Below are positions 20,700 to 31,086 of a stretch of 64,000 bases of DNA, piece by piece; position 1 is the first letter of the stretch, and each line of letters begins with the position of its first letter. Position numbers and translations under genes: made by a program. The DNA is from Candidatus Marinacidobacterales bacterium (GTDB taxonomy: Bacteria; Acidobacteriota; Vicinamibacteria; Marinacidobacterales; DATDRI01), in the NCBI GenBank assembly GCA_965219415.1, contig CBDCNP010000002.1, positions 4,928,001 to 4,992,000 of the forward strand, written 5' to 3'. Under the pieces are notes generated by a model. The model ran no database searches and had not been told where the DNA came from. It saw only the letters and a program-made list of their open reading frames with translations.

Positions 20700-21268
20700 T
20701 GAGAAATCTGTATAGAGGCAAAGATATCTCAGGAATGAACCCAGTTCGTCGAGCGATATCCGGTGCTTCGCCACGTCTTTGGGTGAAAGAACGATCGTAA
20801 GGTGTTCGGTGAAGACTCTCTCGGAGCAAGCCGCCACGAACGATCTTACGATCTCTCTCACAACATCATCCCTGGGTTGAGTGAGCCGTGAAGATCCGGT
20901 ACCAAGCACTGGCATAACCAGAGGCTCCTTGAGGCCTCGCGATCCGATATACACCCACAACTCTGCCAGAGAAATTTTCAACATATCGAAGCTGCTTACA
21001 GCCACTCCGTGTTCATTCATGTCGGCAATAGCGACGAAGTAGGCTCTGCGCCCATGCGGGTCGAGTCTGACGACCGTTCCGGCCGGATACCGTTCACTCT
21101 TGCCCTCGCGCTGACCTTGAAGCCTCTCAGGCACAACGCCAGACAACGTGTCAGCCAGCTCACGGTCGAGTTGAGATTCATCGGTGTAGTACTTCTTGGT
21201 GAAGGCACCTTGGACACTGTCCTTAGAGATCAACTTTCGAGACACCTTCGTGTCGAAGGATGTATTGC
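20700..21268 (-). pseudogene. Thoeris ThsA-type macro domain (DUF6430-like) fragment
   Basis: NTSFDT...LISKDSVQGAF...YPAGTVV...YFVAIADMN...LAELW...LVMPVLGTG.SR. Both ends are lost. Confidence 0.65.
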
Positions 21269-21318
21269 TCCTCGCTCCGCTCGCGCAGGGTGCCGTGAAA
21301 TCCTGTGCACCCTGCTTA

Positions 21319-22980
21319 CTAGACCTTCCGCGCCTTTTCCTCTGCCCGCCGGACCGCTCGCAGAGCCTCCGCCGCCTGCGCGAGGTCGACCGCCTCGAAA
21401 CGTAGTCGTTCACCGGGCATGAGCTGCGCCAGGCGGGGTACATCCGCGCCGATGACGGTCCCGATCTTGGGGTAGCCGCCCGCGGTGGCACGGTCGGCGA
21501 GCATGACGATCGGTTGTCCGTCCGGCGGAACCTGCACCGCGCCCAATACCATCCCGTCGGACACGATCTCGCGCGCTTTCTTGTGACGAAGGCTCGGACC
21601 GTCCAAACGGCAACCCATTCGATCCGAGGACGCGGCTATGGTGTATTCCGAAGAGGTTAGGGTTTCTTTCGTCTTCTTATAGAAGTAATCCTCCTGCAAT
21701 CCGAAAACCACGCGCACCACCGTCTCCGCATTAGCCGAAGTGACGTCACCCTGCCACCGGCGACCAGGGCTCGGGTGGCGCTCGGATGGAAGCGCGGTGA
21801 GAACATCGCCGCGCTCGAGCGCCCGGCCCTGAAGACCACCCAGGGCGGACGTCAGATAGGTCGACCGCGAACCAAGTACTTGTGGTACTCCCCATCCCCC
21901 CGCTACCGACAAATAGCAACGATAGCCGGCTTGCCGGGCACCGAATCGCAAAACGTTCCCCGCCCGTGCCAGAAACGAAAGGTTAGGCGGAATCTCCCAG
22001 GGCCCGAGGTCGCCCCGCTCCAGAACCGGGCCCAGGTTCGCACCGCAGATCGCGCCGATCGTCGTTCGCAAGAATCGCAGCGAGGGTCCCAGGGCAGTGC
22101 ACTCGAGGGCCGCGGCTCCGGGCTCGTTCCCTACCAAAAAGTTTGCAGCGCGTAGCGATGCGGCGTCCGCGGCCCCGGCGACGGGAACGCCGTATCGTTG
22201 GTAGCCGACCCGTCCCAGGTCCTGAACCGTTGTCAGCAGTCCTCCATCCAACACTTCGAGCGTCGGCTCGTCCGGTTCCTGGTTTTTCGTCGCGCTCCGT
22301 TGGGCGCCATCGGGCCTTTCAGTGCGGTCAGGCAAATCCGGAACGGATACGAAGCGCACCCGATCGCCGGAAACGAAAAAAGTCGGAGGACTCGACTCGG
22401 GATCGAACAAAGGGAGCGAGGCACGTCCGATGAGATTCCAACCACCGGGGGTCGCGGAAGGATAGACGCCGGTCTGCCTACCGGCGATGGCAACCGAGCC
22501 GGCCGGCACTCGTATGCGTGGTGTCGCCTTGCGCGGTCGCGCGATCGCTTCCGGGAGCAGGCCCATGTAGGCGAAACCCGGTGAAAAGCCGAGCATGTAG
22601 ACGCGGTATTCCGTTCCGGTGTGAAGAGCGACGACTTCGGTGCAGCTCAGTCCGGCGTCACGTGCAACCGCATCCAGATCTTCACCATCGTAGACCGTGG
22701 GAACTTCTTTGACAGGCGCCCGGCCTGCTTCCGCGCGCGGGGGCTTGGAAGCGAGCCGCCTGAGATAGGCAGCAACTTCGTCGAACTCCGCCCGCCACGG
22801 ATCGAAATGGACGAGCAGAGAACGATAGGTCGGTACCGCCTCGACGAATCCCGGAAAGGGTTTTGACGAGAGCGCCTCGTCGAGGGCTCTCACCTTCGCA
22901 TTCAGCTCGAGGTCGATCGCGTCGCCGAACTCCACCGATATCGCTGCTTCACCGGCGTTCAGGATTCGGGGAGAAGTCAT
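21319..22980 (-). CDS. pxpB: 5-oxoprolinase PxpB-PxpC (KipI/KipA) fusion
   Basis: VPTYRSLL, YMLGFSPGFAYM, PAGSVAIAGRQTGVYP..TPGGW, then TTVQDLGR.G, SDRMG.RL, GAVQVPPDGQP, GGYPKI. Confidence 0.92.
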   Translation of the reverse strand: MTSPRILNAGEAAISVEFGDAIDLELNAKVRALDEALSSKPFPGFVEAVPTYRSLLVHFDPWRAEFDEVAAYLRRLASKPPRAEAGRAPVKEVPTVYDGEDLDAVARDAGLSCTEVVALHTGTEYRVYMLGFSPGFAYMGLLPEAIARPRKATPRIRVPAGSVAIAGRQTGVYPSATPGGWNLIGRASLPLFDPESSPPTFFVSGDRVRFVSVPDLPDRTERPDGAQRSATKNQEPDEPTLEVLDGGLLTTVQDLGRVGYQRYGVPVAGAADAASLRAANFLVGNEPGAAALECTALGPSLRFLRTTIGAICGANLGPVLERGDLGPWEIPPNLSFLARAGNVLRFGARQAGYRCYLSVAGGWGVPQVLGSRSTYLTSALGGLQGRALERGDVLTALPSERHPSPGRRWQGDVTSANAETVVRVVFGLQEDYFYKKTKETLTSSEYTIAASSDRMGCRLDGPSLRHKKAREIVSDGMVLGAVQVPPDGQPIVMLADRATAGGYPKIGTVIGADVPRLAQLMPGERLRFEAVDLAQAAEALRAVRRAEEKARKV

Positions 22981-23013
22981 CTCGATACGAGACGAGCCTC
23001 GAGCCGTATCTCT

Positions 23014-23778
23014 TTACCGGCTCGCGAGGGAACGCACTTCGACTCCCGCGTCTGCAAGAGCTTGGCGAACTGCCTGTGCGTTCTGAACTGCACTGGGATT
23101 GTCTCCGTGGATACACAGAGTCTCCGCCTGAAGTACGACCTCACCACCATCGTGCGACGTGACCTTCCGATTGCGGGCGATCGCAACTGCCTGGGGGGCA
23201 GCCTTGGTCGAGTCGGTAATGACCGATCCTTCGATGCGTCGCGATTGTAGCGTACCGTCGGCATTGTAAACGCGATCGGCGAATGCCTCGCCGGCAAAGC
23301 GGAGCCCCTCCGCTTCCGCCGCCTCGCGCATCGCTGCCGACGTCGCGAGCCCGACGAAGATGAGCTTCCGACTGAAACGGGCGACGCCGCGAGCAATAGC
23401 TCGGGAGAGCTCGCTGTCGTTGACGGCTTGATTGTAGAGCGCACCGTGGGGCTTGACGTGAACGAGCTCGACGCCGTGAGAGCGCGCGAAACCCGCCACC
23501 GCACCGACCTGGTAAAGAACGTCCGCTTCGACTTCCTTTGGGGTAGCCTGGATGGGCCGACGTCCGAACCCCCGGAGATCGAGATATCCCGGGTGTGCAC
23601 CCACCGCGACGCCGTTCTTGGAAGCGAGGGCGAGGGTGCGGTCGAGGGTCTGGGGGTCGCCGGCGTGAAACCCGCAGGCGATGTTGGCCGAGCTGATGAG
23701 CGGCATGAGTGCCTCGTCGGCTCCTATCTGGTAAATGCCGAAGCCCTCGCCGATATCGCAATTCAGATCGATCTGCAT
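23014..23778 (-). CDS. pxpA: 5-oxoprolinase subunit PxpA (LamB/YcsF)
   Basis: IDLNCDIGEGFG, SANIACGFHAGDP, GAHPGY.D..GFGRR, HVKPHGALYN, EAFADR.Y, LCIHGD. Confidence 0.95.
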   Translation of the reverse strand: MQIDLNCDIGEGFGIYQIGADEALMPLISSANIACGFHAGDPQTLDRTLALASKNGVAVGAHPGYLDLRGFGRRPIQATPKEVEADVLYQVGAVAGFARSHGVELVHVKPHGALYNQAVNDSELSRAIARGVARFSRKLIFVGLATSAAMREAAEAEGLRFAGEAFADRVYNADGTLQSRRIEGSVITDSTKAAPQAVAIARNRKVTSHDGGEVVLQAETLCIHGDNPSAVQNAQAVRQALADAGVEVRSLASR

Positions 23779-24025
23779 GGCCTCCCGTATTCTATAACAG
23801 ACCGATTGACAAACTGTAGTCGACAGCGCCTCGCCTTCCGGCCGTCACCGCCGTCTGGCGAGCCGGATAGTAGCAACTCCGCCTAGCGGACGGCCGGAAG
23901 CGGTGCAAAGGTGCCTTGGTGCACAACTCGCGATCTCGGTCCACAATTGTCCTGTACTCGCGGATACGAGGTTCCCCATGAGCATTTTCAAACGCACTCA
24001 GCGGAAGTATGTGAAGAAGGCCTAT

Positions 24026-25225
24026 GGTGCTTCCGCAATTAAGTGTTGGCGGCCAGCCCCTAACCGGTCTGCGTGCTAGAGTTTGGACCAGAATTCCGAA
24101 GACACAGTTCTCTCATCGTCAGGGCCGAGCCAAAGTGAAGAATCGCAGATGTCTCAATCTCGCATGTCCGTTGCGGGGCAAAGTCAGTTCCGGAAACATC
24201 GTTCGCCACGGATTCTACCGAACCAGGTCCGGGAAACGCCGTCGATACCGGTGCGGCGAGTGCGGAAAGACGTTCTCCTCGACGAAAGGCACGCCCTACT
24301 ACCGTCTCCAACATCGAAGAGCTACTTTCGATGGAGTCATCGCTCTCAGAGTCGAGGGTGTCAGCATTTCCGCGATTTCCCGGATCAAAGGGATTGCCTG
24401 GAACACCGTCGCCCGCTGGCTCGAGAAGGCAGCCCAAGGGTGTCGTCGATTCAATCACAGAAGGATCGCTGGCTTCGCTGCCGAAGAGCTTCAAGCCGAC
24501 GAGATTCGCACGTTCGCGGGCAACAAGAAGACACCGAGTTGGGTCTTCGTTACGATCGAGGTCTGGTCTCGGCTCTGGCCATCGACGGTGACGGGAAGGC
24601 GAAGCTACCGGAACACTCACGCTCTGTTTCGCGACCTTTCGAGACGGATGAATTTCGAGCGTCTTCCCTTGATCGTCACGGATGGATTCGAATTCTACCA
24701 GAAGGTCATCCGTCGCTTCTTCGGTCCAGCGTGTCTCTACGGCCAGGTCCTAAAAACGCGCAGGAACGATCGTATCATCAAGGTCGAACGCAGAGCGCTG
24801 CACGGAGCCGCGTGGCGATTCGAAGACGCGCTCAATAACTCCGAGGACTCTTCGACATTGAACACGTCGTTCATCGAGCGGTTGAATCTGACCATCCGGC
24901 AAAGCTCGGCATACCTTTCGAGACGAACGCTTTCCCACGCTCGCTCGACGGAGAGGCTCGATGAGCACCTGGAGTTGCTCCGTTGCTATTACAACTTCGT
25001 CCGACCGCACGGAGCTCTGAAGTTCGGACGTGAGATCCGAACTCCGGCTATGCAGGCTGGTCTGACCACGCGACGGCTCACCTTTCGAGACATCTTCTTG
25101 GCGACGACTATTCCTTTGTGGTCGCGGATCGAGGTTTTCGTGCTCAGTAGGGCGCGCAACCCGGTCTCTTCCGCACCTGTACCACTGCCCGCAGCCGCGT
25201 AGCAACACTTGATGGCGGAAGCACC
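24026..25225 (+). mobile_element. IS1-family element, copy 2 (transposase 24135-25202)
   Basis: Same TIRs, 1200 bp, intact ORF. Confidence 0.93.
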
Positions 25226-25644
25226 GCCCATGGCAAAACGGAACTGCGGAGCGGTGGGTCGGCAGCTGCCGTCGCGAGCTCCTTGAGCACGTCGTGGTTC
25301 TCGGCGCATGTCATCTCATCCGGCTCGTGCGAGCTTACATCAGCTACTATCACGAGGACCGTTGCCACTTGGGGCTGAACAAGGACACACCGAGCTTGAG
25401 AGCGGTCACGCGCCGACCGTCTCCTACGGCGAAAGTCGTCGCACTGCCGCGAGTCGGTGGATTGCACCATCGATACGAGTGGCGAGAGGCAGCCTGAGTC
25501 AGCTTGGTCGCTCGCGTTACTCGGCTGGTCGCCGAGAAGTTCGTCCTCAGCACCTTCCCTCGCGCGCTGACCACGCTCTCCAGCATGTGCTCGAGGGCAG
25601 TCCGGGCTTAGAGTCCAGTCCCGGATAAATAATGATGATGGACA
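25226..25644 (+). mobile_element. Family-A 3' fragment with right end
   Basis: PWQNGTAERW...HRYEWREAA...ATGATGATGGACA. Confidence 0.88.
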
Positions 25645-27106
25645 AGCGAAAACTCAGAGAAGCCCTGGTGCCCACGTCGTTCTATCCTCTTGTACTACAG
25701 TGATTTAAAGCCATCCGTCACGTGCTGGTCCCCGCACGCCTCATCGACGGGTGGTCGTTCGAGTTTATTTGCGAATTGACATTAAATCCGATTTTCTAGA
25801 CGGCAATCTCAACCTCCTTGACGCCTGAAAGAGGGCCGTGTCGTAAACTCTCCGACGGAGGCTACACTCGTAAGTCATTGTAGTGAAAAGCTCTTACGCC
25901 TCATCGATGGACGCGTCGTTGACGGGAACACCTTTCCGACTATCGCAGTCGTAAGGCTCAAGTGGGGGCAAGTGGAGCTATTCGGCTCTTGGCAGCAAAC
26001 AAGCAAGTAACGGTGCAAAACAGGTCATAAAAATGCAATTGGAGGGCATTTCGGGGCTGAATCGAGCGTTAATCGCTCAGCTAATGGGAAAACGCCGTCG
26101 TGTCCAAAAACACAAACGAACTCAAGACCCGCACGCCGCCGATGTCATCATCAGTAAGGGGCGATGCCGTTCGCCGACTGATGGAGATCAAGAGCGAGCG
26201 TGGCCGCGGCCGCAGGTTGGCTTACAACGTGACCTGCCTCACAGCGTTGCGACGAGGGCACGCTGCTCCTCCCAATCGTCGGGAAGCGGATGATGGAGGA
26301 GGTAGCTCGAGGTCAGCCCAACGGGCTGGCGACCGTCCACAATGGCGCGGACGATGTCGGGGGCCATGAAGGCATAACGGATTGCCTTGCGCACGCGGTC
26401 CGTTGGGATGGCGTCTTCGGTGGCAATCTGCTCATAGGTTTTGCCTGCTTTGATTCGGTCGAGCCAGGAGAGGGCGTTGGCGATATTGCGCAGGAGTGTG
26501 CGGTCGACGGATTTCGTGGGGTTGCCCAGAACGAGCTTGGTCTCGACGCCGCGTCGACGCAAGCGGAACGGTGCGTGGATGCGGAGTGCGTCCTCGCGAA
26601 TGCGGTCGGGTCCCATAGACAGGCAATCAGCGAACGTATTGCGGTCGAGCAGGATGGACACAGAGCCTGGGCTGATATCGACCCGCCGGATGAAACGGAG
26701 CAGGCTGGCTGCCGAGGCACTATCATTATTGCTACCGGAACACAGCCCGTCTAAAAAGCGACGCACCGAGGCGAGCTCTTGCATCGTCGGAGTGTGGATC
26801 AACGAGGCCGAGAAGGTCGTGGCATCCACATGCTGTCGGATGAGATGCACGACGGTCTGTTCCAGCATCGGGGCGGGCAGTCGCCAGCCGGAGAGGTCCT
26901 TTTGGCCACTGTGCTGGATGAGGCGCCGGGAGACGTAGTAGCGGAGCCGTTGCCCGTTTTTCTTTTTGGTGTGGCTCGGCGTCAGCCGGTCCCCGGTCTC
27001 GTCGAAGAGCTTGCCTGCCAGTGGGGAACGGGCTGCACGGCCCTTCGTCGTGCGTTTCCTCGGTTTGGCAGCCCCTGCCTGCAGCTGCGCCTGGACCTCG
27101 TCCCAG
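25645..27106 (-). pseudogene. Duplicate of 3254-4716: 3' part of the serine recombinase plus about 600 bp downstream
   Basis: Near-identical from AGCGAAAACTCAGAGAAG to GTCCCAG. ORF 26239-26868 matches the recombinase C-terminus. Confidence 0.92.
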
Positions 27107-27473
27107 CTCCTTGAGCACGTCGTGGTTCTCGGTGCATGTCATCTCATCCGGCTCGTGCGAGCTTACATCAGCTACTATCATGAGGACCGTTGCCACTTGG
27201 GGCTGAACAAGGACACACCGAGCTTGAGAACGGTCACGCACCGACCGTCTCCTACGGCGAAAGTAGTCGCACTGCCGCGAGTCGGTGGACTGCACCATCG
27301 ATACGAGTGGCGAGAGGCAGCCTGAGTCAGCTTGGTCGCTCGCGTTACTCGGCTGGTCGCCGAGAAGTTCGTCCTCAGCACCTTCCCTCGCGCGCTGACC
27401 ACGCTCTCAAGCATGGGCTCGAGGGCGGTCCGGGCCGTAGAGTCCAGTCCCGGATTAATAATGATGATGGACA
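27105..27473 (+). mobile_element. Family-A 3' fragment with right end
   Basis: LLEHVVVLG...HRYEWREAA...ATGATGATGGACA. Confidence 0.88.
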
Positions 27474-27629
27474 GGCTCATATTCGGCCGTGGAATATCAT
27501 GTTAACTTATATAGTTGCTAATCCAACCAGATGCGTATATATGTCTATATACTTGTGTCTATTCTTGACGCACCAAAAGGAGGAGGCTGAGGTTGTCAAA
27601 TTCTTGCAATCTCGGATGGTAAAGGAGCG

Positions 27630-27875
27630 ATGAAAATCAAAATAACTTTAGGAGGCCAAGAAGTCGAGGCCGAAAAAATAGAGTTCAAACCAATCGAAGA
27701 AGCGTGGAGCCTTTACCGGCTAGAGGATGACACGGTCGTCAAGATCAAAACCATCGTGTCAGACGTGTTCAAGCTTCCCAGCAATGATCCTCTGACCGGC
27801 ATGCCACAATTTCTCGTGAGGTCCACCAATGTAATGTCCGTTGAACCATCGAGTTCTAATGGAGATGTTCATTGA
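27630..27875 (+). CDS. Small beta-rich hypothetical protein (81 aa)
   Basis: RBS AAAGGAG; EAEKIEFKPIEEAWSLYRLEDDTVVKIK...DPLTGMPQFLVRSTNV. Its stop overlaps the next gene. Confidence 0.75.
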   Translation: MKIKITLGGQEVEAEKIEFKPIEEAWSLYRLEDDTVVKIKTIVSDVFKLPSNDPLTGMPQFLVRSTNVMSVEPSSSNGDVH

Positions 27876-28300
27876 TCGAACCTAAAGTGTGGAATAGCGG
27901 AGACTATTCGCTATCAGTCTATCAGGTCCTGCATACACTGAACGATGACAGGCCGTATCCCATGAACCCAATGATGATACAGTCAGTTGATCGGCTTGCG
28001 TACTCGTCCGACTCGGATTGGATTAGCTCTGAGATGGAGATCTCAAATATCTTGGTGGAGTCTTTCAAGCAGGTTCCACAGATCGCATCCATCTATGCCA
28101 CATTCAAATCTGACGGCATAACCATCTGGACACTTCTAAACACATACGACCGCGATGCCCGCGAGGCTGTCTACAAGAAAGAAATGGAAATATGCAACCG
28201 TCTTGGTTCCTGCGACTTCGATTTCCGTGTCTCGACGGTTGAACTCATCTCCCCAAAAGAAATGATTGACACTGGCTCGCGTGAGATTTTCAGTCGGTAA
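27872..28300 (+). CDS. Putative degenerate minimal nucleotidyltransferase (MNT)-fold protein
   Basis: The pattern FKQVPQIASIYA...ITIWTLL..YD...EAVYKKEMEI...FDFRV resembles MNT topology without GS/DxD. It lies upstream of a HEPN-like gene. Confidence 0.5.
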   Translation: MIEPKVWNSGDYSLSVYQVLHTLNDDRPYPMNPMMIQSVDRLAYSSDSDWISSEMEISNILVESFKQVPQIASIYATFKSDGITIWTLLNTYDRDAREAVYKKEMEICNRLGSCDFDFRVSTVELISPKEMIDTGSREIFSR

Positions 28301-28306
28301 TCTTGC

Positions 28307-28711
28307 GTGGCCAAAATACATTCCACACCTGCGGATTACGCCCGGCAGGCTGCTCACAATCTTGAACTAGCAACATATCTTCGCGAGAATCGTAGTGATT
28401 GCCTTGATTGGGCAACTACGTGCTTGTTCTATGCTGCGGTTCACTACGTCAATGCCTACCTACGGAAGTCCAATATTCAGATCCCGCGTCGGCATCGAGG
28501 TTCAGAGAGGGGCAAGGGCAAAGGGCGGTTGAATATCGTCCAGCAAGATCCGAAGCTCCAGCCAATTTACATTAACTATCGTCACCTTGACGACGAGAGC
28601 CGTGATGCCAGATACGAGTTGAAGAAGCCGTCTGAACGCGACTACGACCAGTTTCTTCTTCTGCAGCTCACGATCATCAAAAACTTCATCGGTCCGAAGG
28701 AGAAGAAGTGA
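28307..28711 (+). CDS. HEPN-superfamily protein
   Basis: QAAHNLELA...DWATTCLFYAAVHYVNAYL...RRH...YRHLDDESRDARY. Confidence 0.7.
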   Translation: MAKIHSTPADYARQAAHNLELATYLRENRSDCLDWATTCLFYAAVHYVNAYLRKSNIQIPRRHRGSERGKGKGRLNIVQQDPKLQPIYINYRHLDDESRDARYELKKPSERDYDQFLLLQLTIIKNFIGPKEKK

Positions 28712-28930
28712 AACGACCGGATTACGGAGACGCGACGCCGGAGGATATTGCCCGCGCTCTCTGAGCCAGAGTGTCCTCGTCCCTGAGGATGATACCACTA
28801 CCTCCGACACCCCAACATGTAGCAACGGCCGCGACCCCAAGATGTAGTGGTTCTTGGAATGGCTGTCAAGCTACCTTTGTAAGTCCCTTTCAAAAGGGCC
28901 GAGTTTTGGCACAGGACGGGAAGCCGGATC

Positions 28931-29803
28931 GTGGCTACAATGGATGTCGTGGCCGATCCCAACCGGAGACTCGAAGCGAACGCCCCCGGGCCTTGGTTCG
29001 TCGATGATTCGTGCATCGATTGTGACGCCTGTCGACAGATTGCACCCCGCGTCTTTGCAGAAGGCCATGGGCATGCCATCGTCTCGCAACAACCCGTACC
29101 TGGCGCTGTAGATGCGTTCCGCGCTCTGGTCGCGTGCCCCGTCGCGGCCATCGGTCGGAAGGACTCGGGACCCTTTCCCGAGGGGCTCTTTCCGCAGCTC
29201 CTAGAAGACGGTGTCTTCTACGCGGGCTTCAACTCCAGGGACTCGTATGGTGCCAACAGCTTCTTCGTTCAACGACACGCAGGTAACCTTCTGGTCGATT
29301 CGCCTCGCTGGGCCAAGCTTCTGGTTCGCGAGATCGAGAAAAGAGGAGGTCTTTCCGACATCTTGCTATCCCACCAGGATGACGTCGCGGATACGGATCG
29401 GTATCAGGAGCATTTCGGTGCTCGAGTGTGGATTCACGAGGGCGATTGCTGCGCCGCTCATTTCGCCACCGATGTGCTCGAAGGAGACGAGCCGCGAGAG
29501 ATTCGCCCCGGTCTTCTGGCGATTCCTGTTCCCGGTCACACGCGTGGAAGCGTTGTCTATCTTCTCGAGGAGAAGTTCCTCTTCACCGGGGACTCGCTCT
29601 ATTGGAGCCGCAAGAGACAGGAGCTGACCGCTTCGAAGAGCTGCTGCTGGTACTCTTGGAAGAAACAGGTCGAGTCTCTGGCGCGGCTTGCCAACTACCG
29701 CTTCGAGTGGGTGCTTGCTGGCCACGGGGATCGTATTCGACTGCCGCACGACCGCACGCGCAAGAGCTTGCTGGCGCTGACCCGTCAGTACTCTCGCGTG
29801 TGA
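28931..29803 (+). CDS. Ferredoxin-MBL-fold metallo-hydrolase fusion
   Basis: CIDCDAC...CPVAAIG, then YGANS, LSHQDDVAD, PGHTRGS, FTGDS, LAGHG. The exact start is uncertain; a family-B end ends at 28918. Confidence 0.88.
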   Translation: MATMDVVADPNRRLEANAPGPWFVDDSCIDCDACRQIAPRVFAEGHGHAIVSQQPVPGAVDAFRALVACPVAAIGRKDSGPFPEGLFPQLLEDGVFYAGFNSRDSYGANSFFVQRHAGNLLVDSPRWAKLLVREIEKRGGLSDILLSHQDDVADTDRYQEHFGARVWIHEGDCCAAHFATDVLEGDEPREIRPGLLAIPVPGHTRGSVVYLLEEKFLFTGDSLYWSRKRQELTASKSCCWYSWKKQVESLARLANYRFEWVLAGHGDRIRLPHDRTRKSLLALTRQYSRV

Positions 29804-29856
29804 ATCATCGCCCGCTCGCCGCACTCGCTACCGAGCATGAATCTGTACGTGCGTGC

Positions 29857-30445
29857 AACGTAGCAACCCGCCAAGCCGTTCACGAGAGCGCACCATAGAC
29901 ACTAAGTTTCTGATTTATGGTCTATTTCAAAAGGGCCGAGTTTTGGCACAGGACGGGATCGAGACCAGCTCTACGGAGCGTACTTCGATACTCGCGTCGC
30001 CGGTCTCGGGATGGAGCAGGTCCTTACCGCACCGCGCTCTCCGTGGCAGAATCCATTGGTCGAGAGGATGATCGGCTCCATTCGACGTGAGTGTCTCGAC
30101 CATGTGATTGTCCTCGACGAGCGGCACCTGAGGCGAATCCTACAAATACGTCGACTACTATCCTTCGTGCCGGACTCATTGGTCGCTTGAGAAGGACGCG
30201 CCCGAGCCTCGCCGGGTAGAGTCACCGGCGATGGGCAAAGTGAGTGCCATTCCAAAGGTCGGTGGTCTCCATCATTATTACACTCGACGCGCTGCTTGAG
30301 CCGATCCCCTCCTGTGCCAAAACTCGGCCCTTTTGAAATAGACCATAAATTAGAAGCTTAGTGTCTATGGTGCGCTCCCGTGAACGGCTTGGCGGGTTGC
30401 TACGTTTCTACCATCGGGAAGCCGCATGAGTATTTTGACCTCACG
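29857..30445. mobile_element. Inverted pair of family-B MITEs (29857-29955 minus; 30308-30445 plus) flanking a family-C 3' fragment
   Basis: 30308-30445 is the B left end joined to the last ~75 bp and right end of B. 29857-29955 is its partial reverse complement. The middle encodes SPWQN...RRECLDH...GGLHHYYTRRAA. Confidence 0.88.
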
Positions 30446-30486
30446 GCGTGAGGACGTCGTGATGATGTCGCGCATCCTCAACCCAA

Positions 30487-31086
30487 CTAAGCGCTCTTTC
30501 CCCACGGGAAGTAGTAAAGCGCTTCGGCGGTCTTGTCGGCAGTCTCCCTACCCGCGATCTGCGCGACCAGCGCCAAGGACGCGTCGTAGGTATGCAATTC
30601 CCCAATCGAGCTGATCATGTTGCCGTCGGTGACGATGTGCTCGTTGTCGACGACCTTGGCCTCGGGAAAGCGCTTGGCCAGATCCTCGGTGCCACCGATG
30701 TAGGTGGTTACGCGGCGGCCTTCGAGTAGGCATGCCTTGCCGAGCAAGAAAGCCCCGGCGCAATTGCTAGCAACGAACTTCGCTTTTTCGGCGCGGTCCT
30801 TGATGAAACCAATTAGCTTTTCGTTGGCCAACAAGGGCTCCACGTCGAGGCCGCTGGGGACGACCAAGACATCTATCGGTGGACAATTCGCAAAGTCGTA
30901 GTCAGGTTCGATGCGGAGGCCCTCTTCGCTGACGATGATCTTCTTCTCTTCCGCGACGAGAAAGGGCTCGAACGGAACCGAACCCTTCTTCCCCGCCTTG
31001 GCGAAGATCTCGATGGGCGCCGTGACTTCACTGGTCAAGAACTTATCGAATACAACGATACCAACCTTCATTCCATCAACCTCCAT
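30487..31086 (-). CDS. DJ-1/PfpI family protein
   Basis: EVTAPIEIF, SEEGLRIEPDY, DVLVVPSG, ASNCAGAFLL, VTDGNMISS. Confidence 0.88.
   Translation of the reverse strand: MEVDGMKVGIVVFDKFLTSEVTAPIEIFAKAGKKGSVPFEPFLVAEEKKIIVSEEGLRIEPDYDFANCPPIDVLVVPSGLDVEPLLANEKLIGFIKDRAEKAKFVASNCAGAFLLGKACLLEGRRVTTYIGGTEDLAKRFPEAKVVDNEHIVTDGNMISSIGELHTYDASLALVAQIAGRETADKTAEALYYFPWGKSA

Noticed and set aside
28708-28764. Short peptide MKRPDYGDATPEDIARAL overlapping the HEPN stop
   Set aside because: It is 18 codons long and cannot be supported as a gene from sequence alone.
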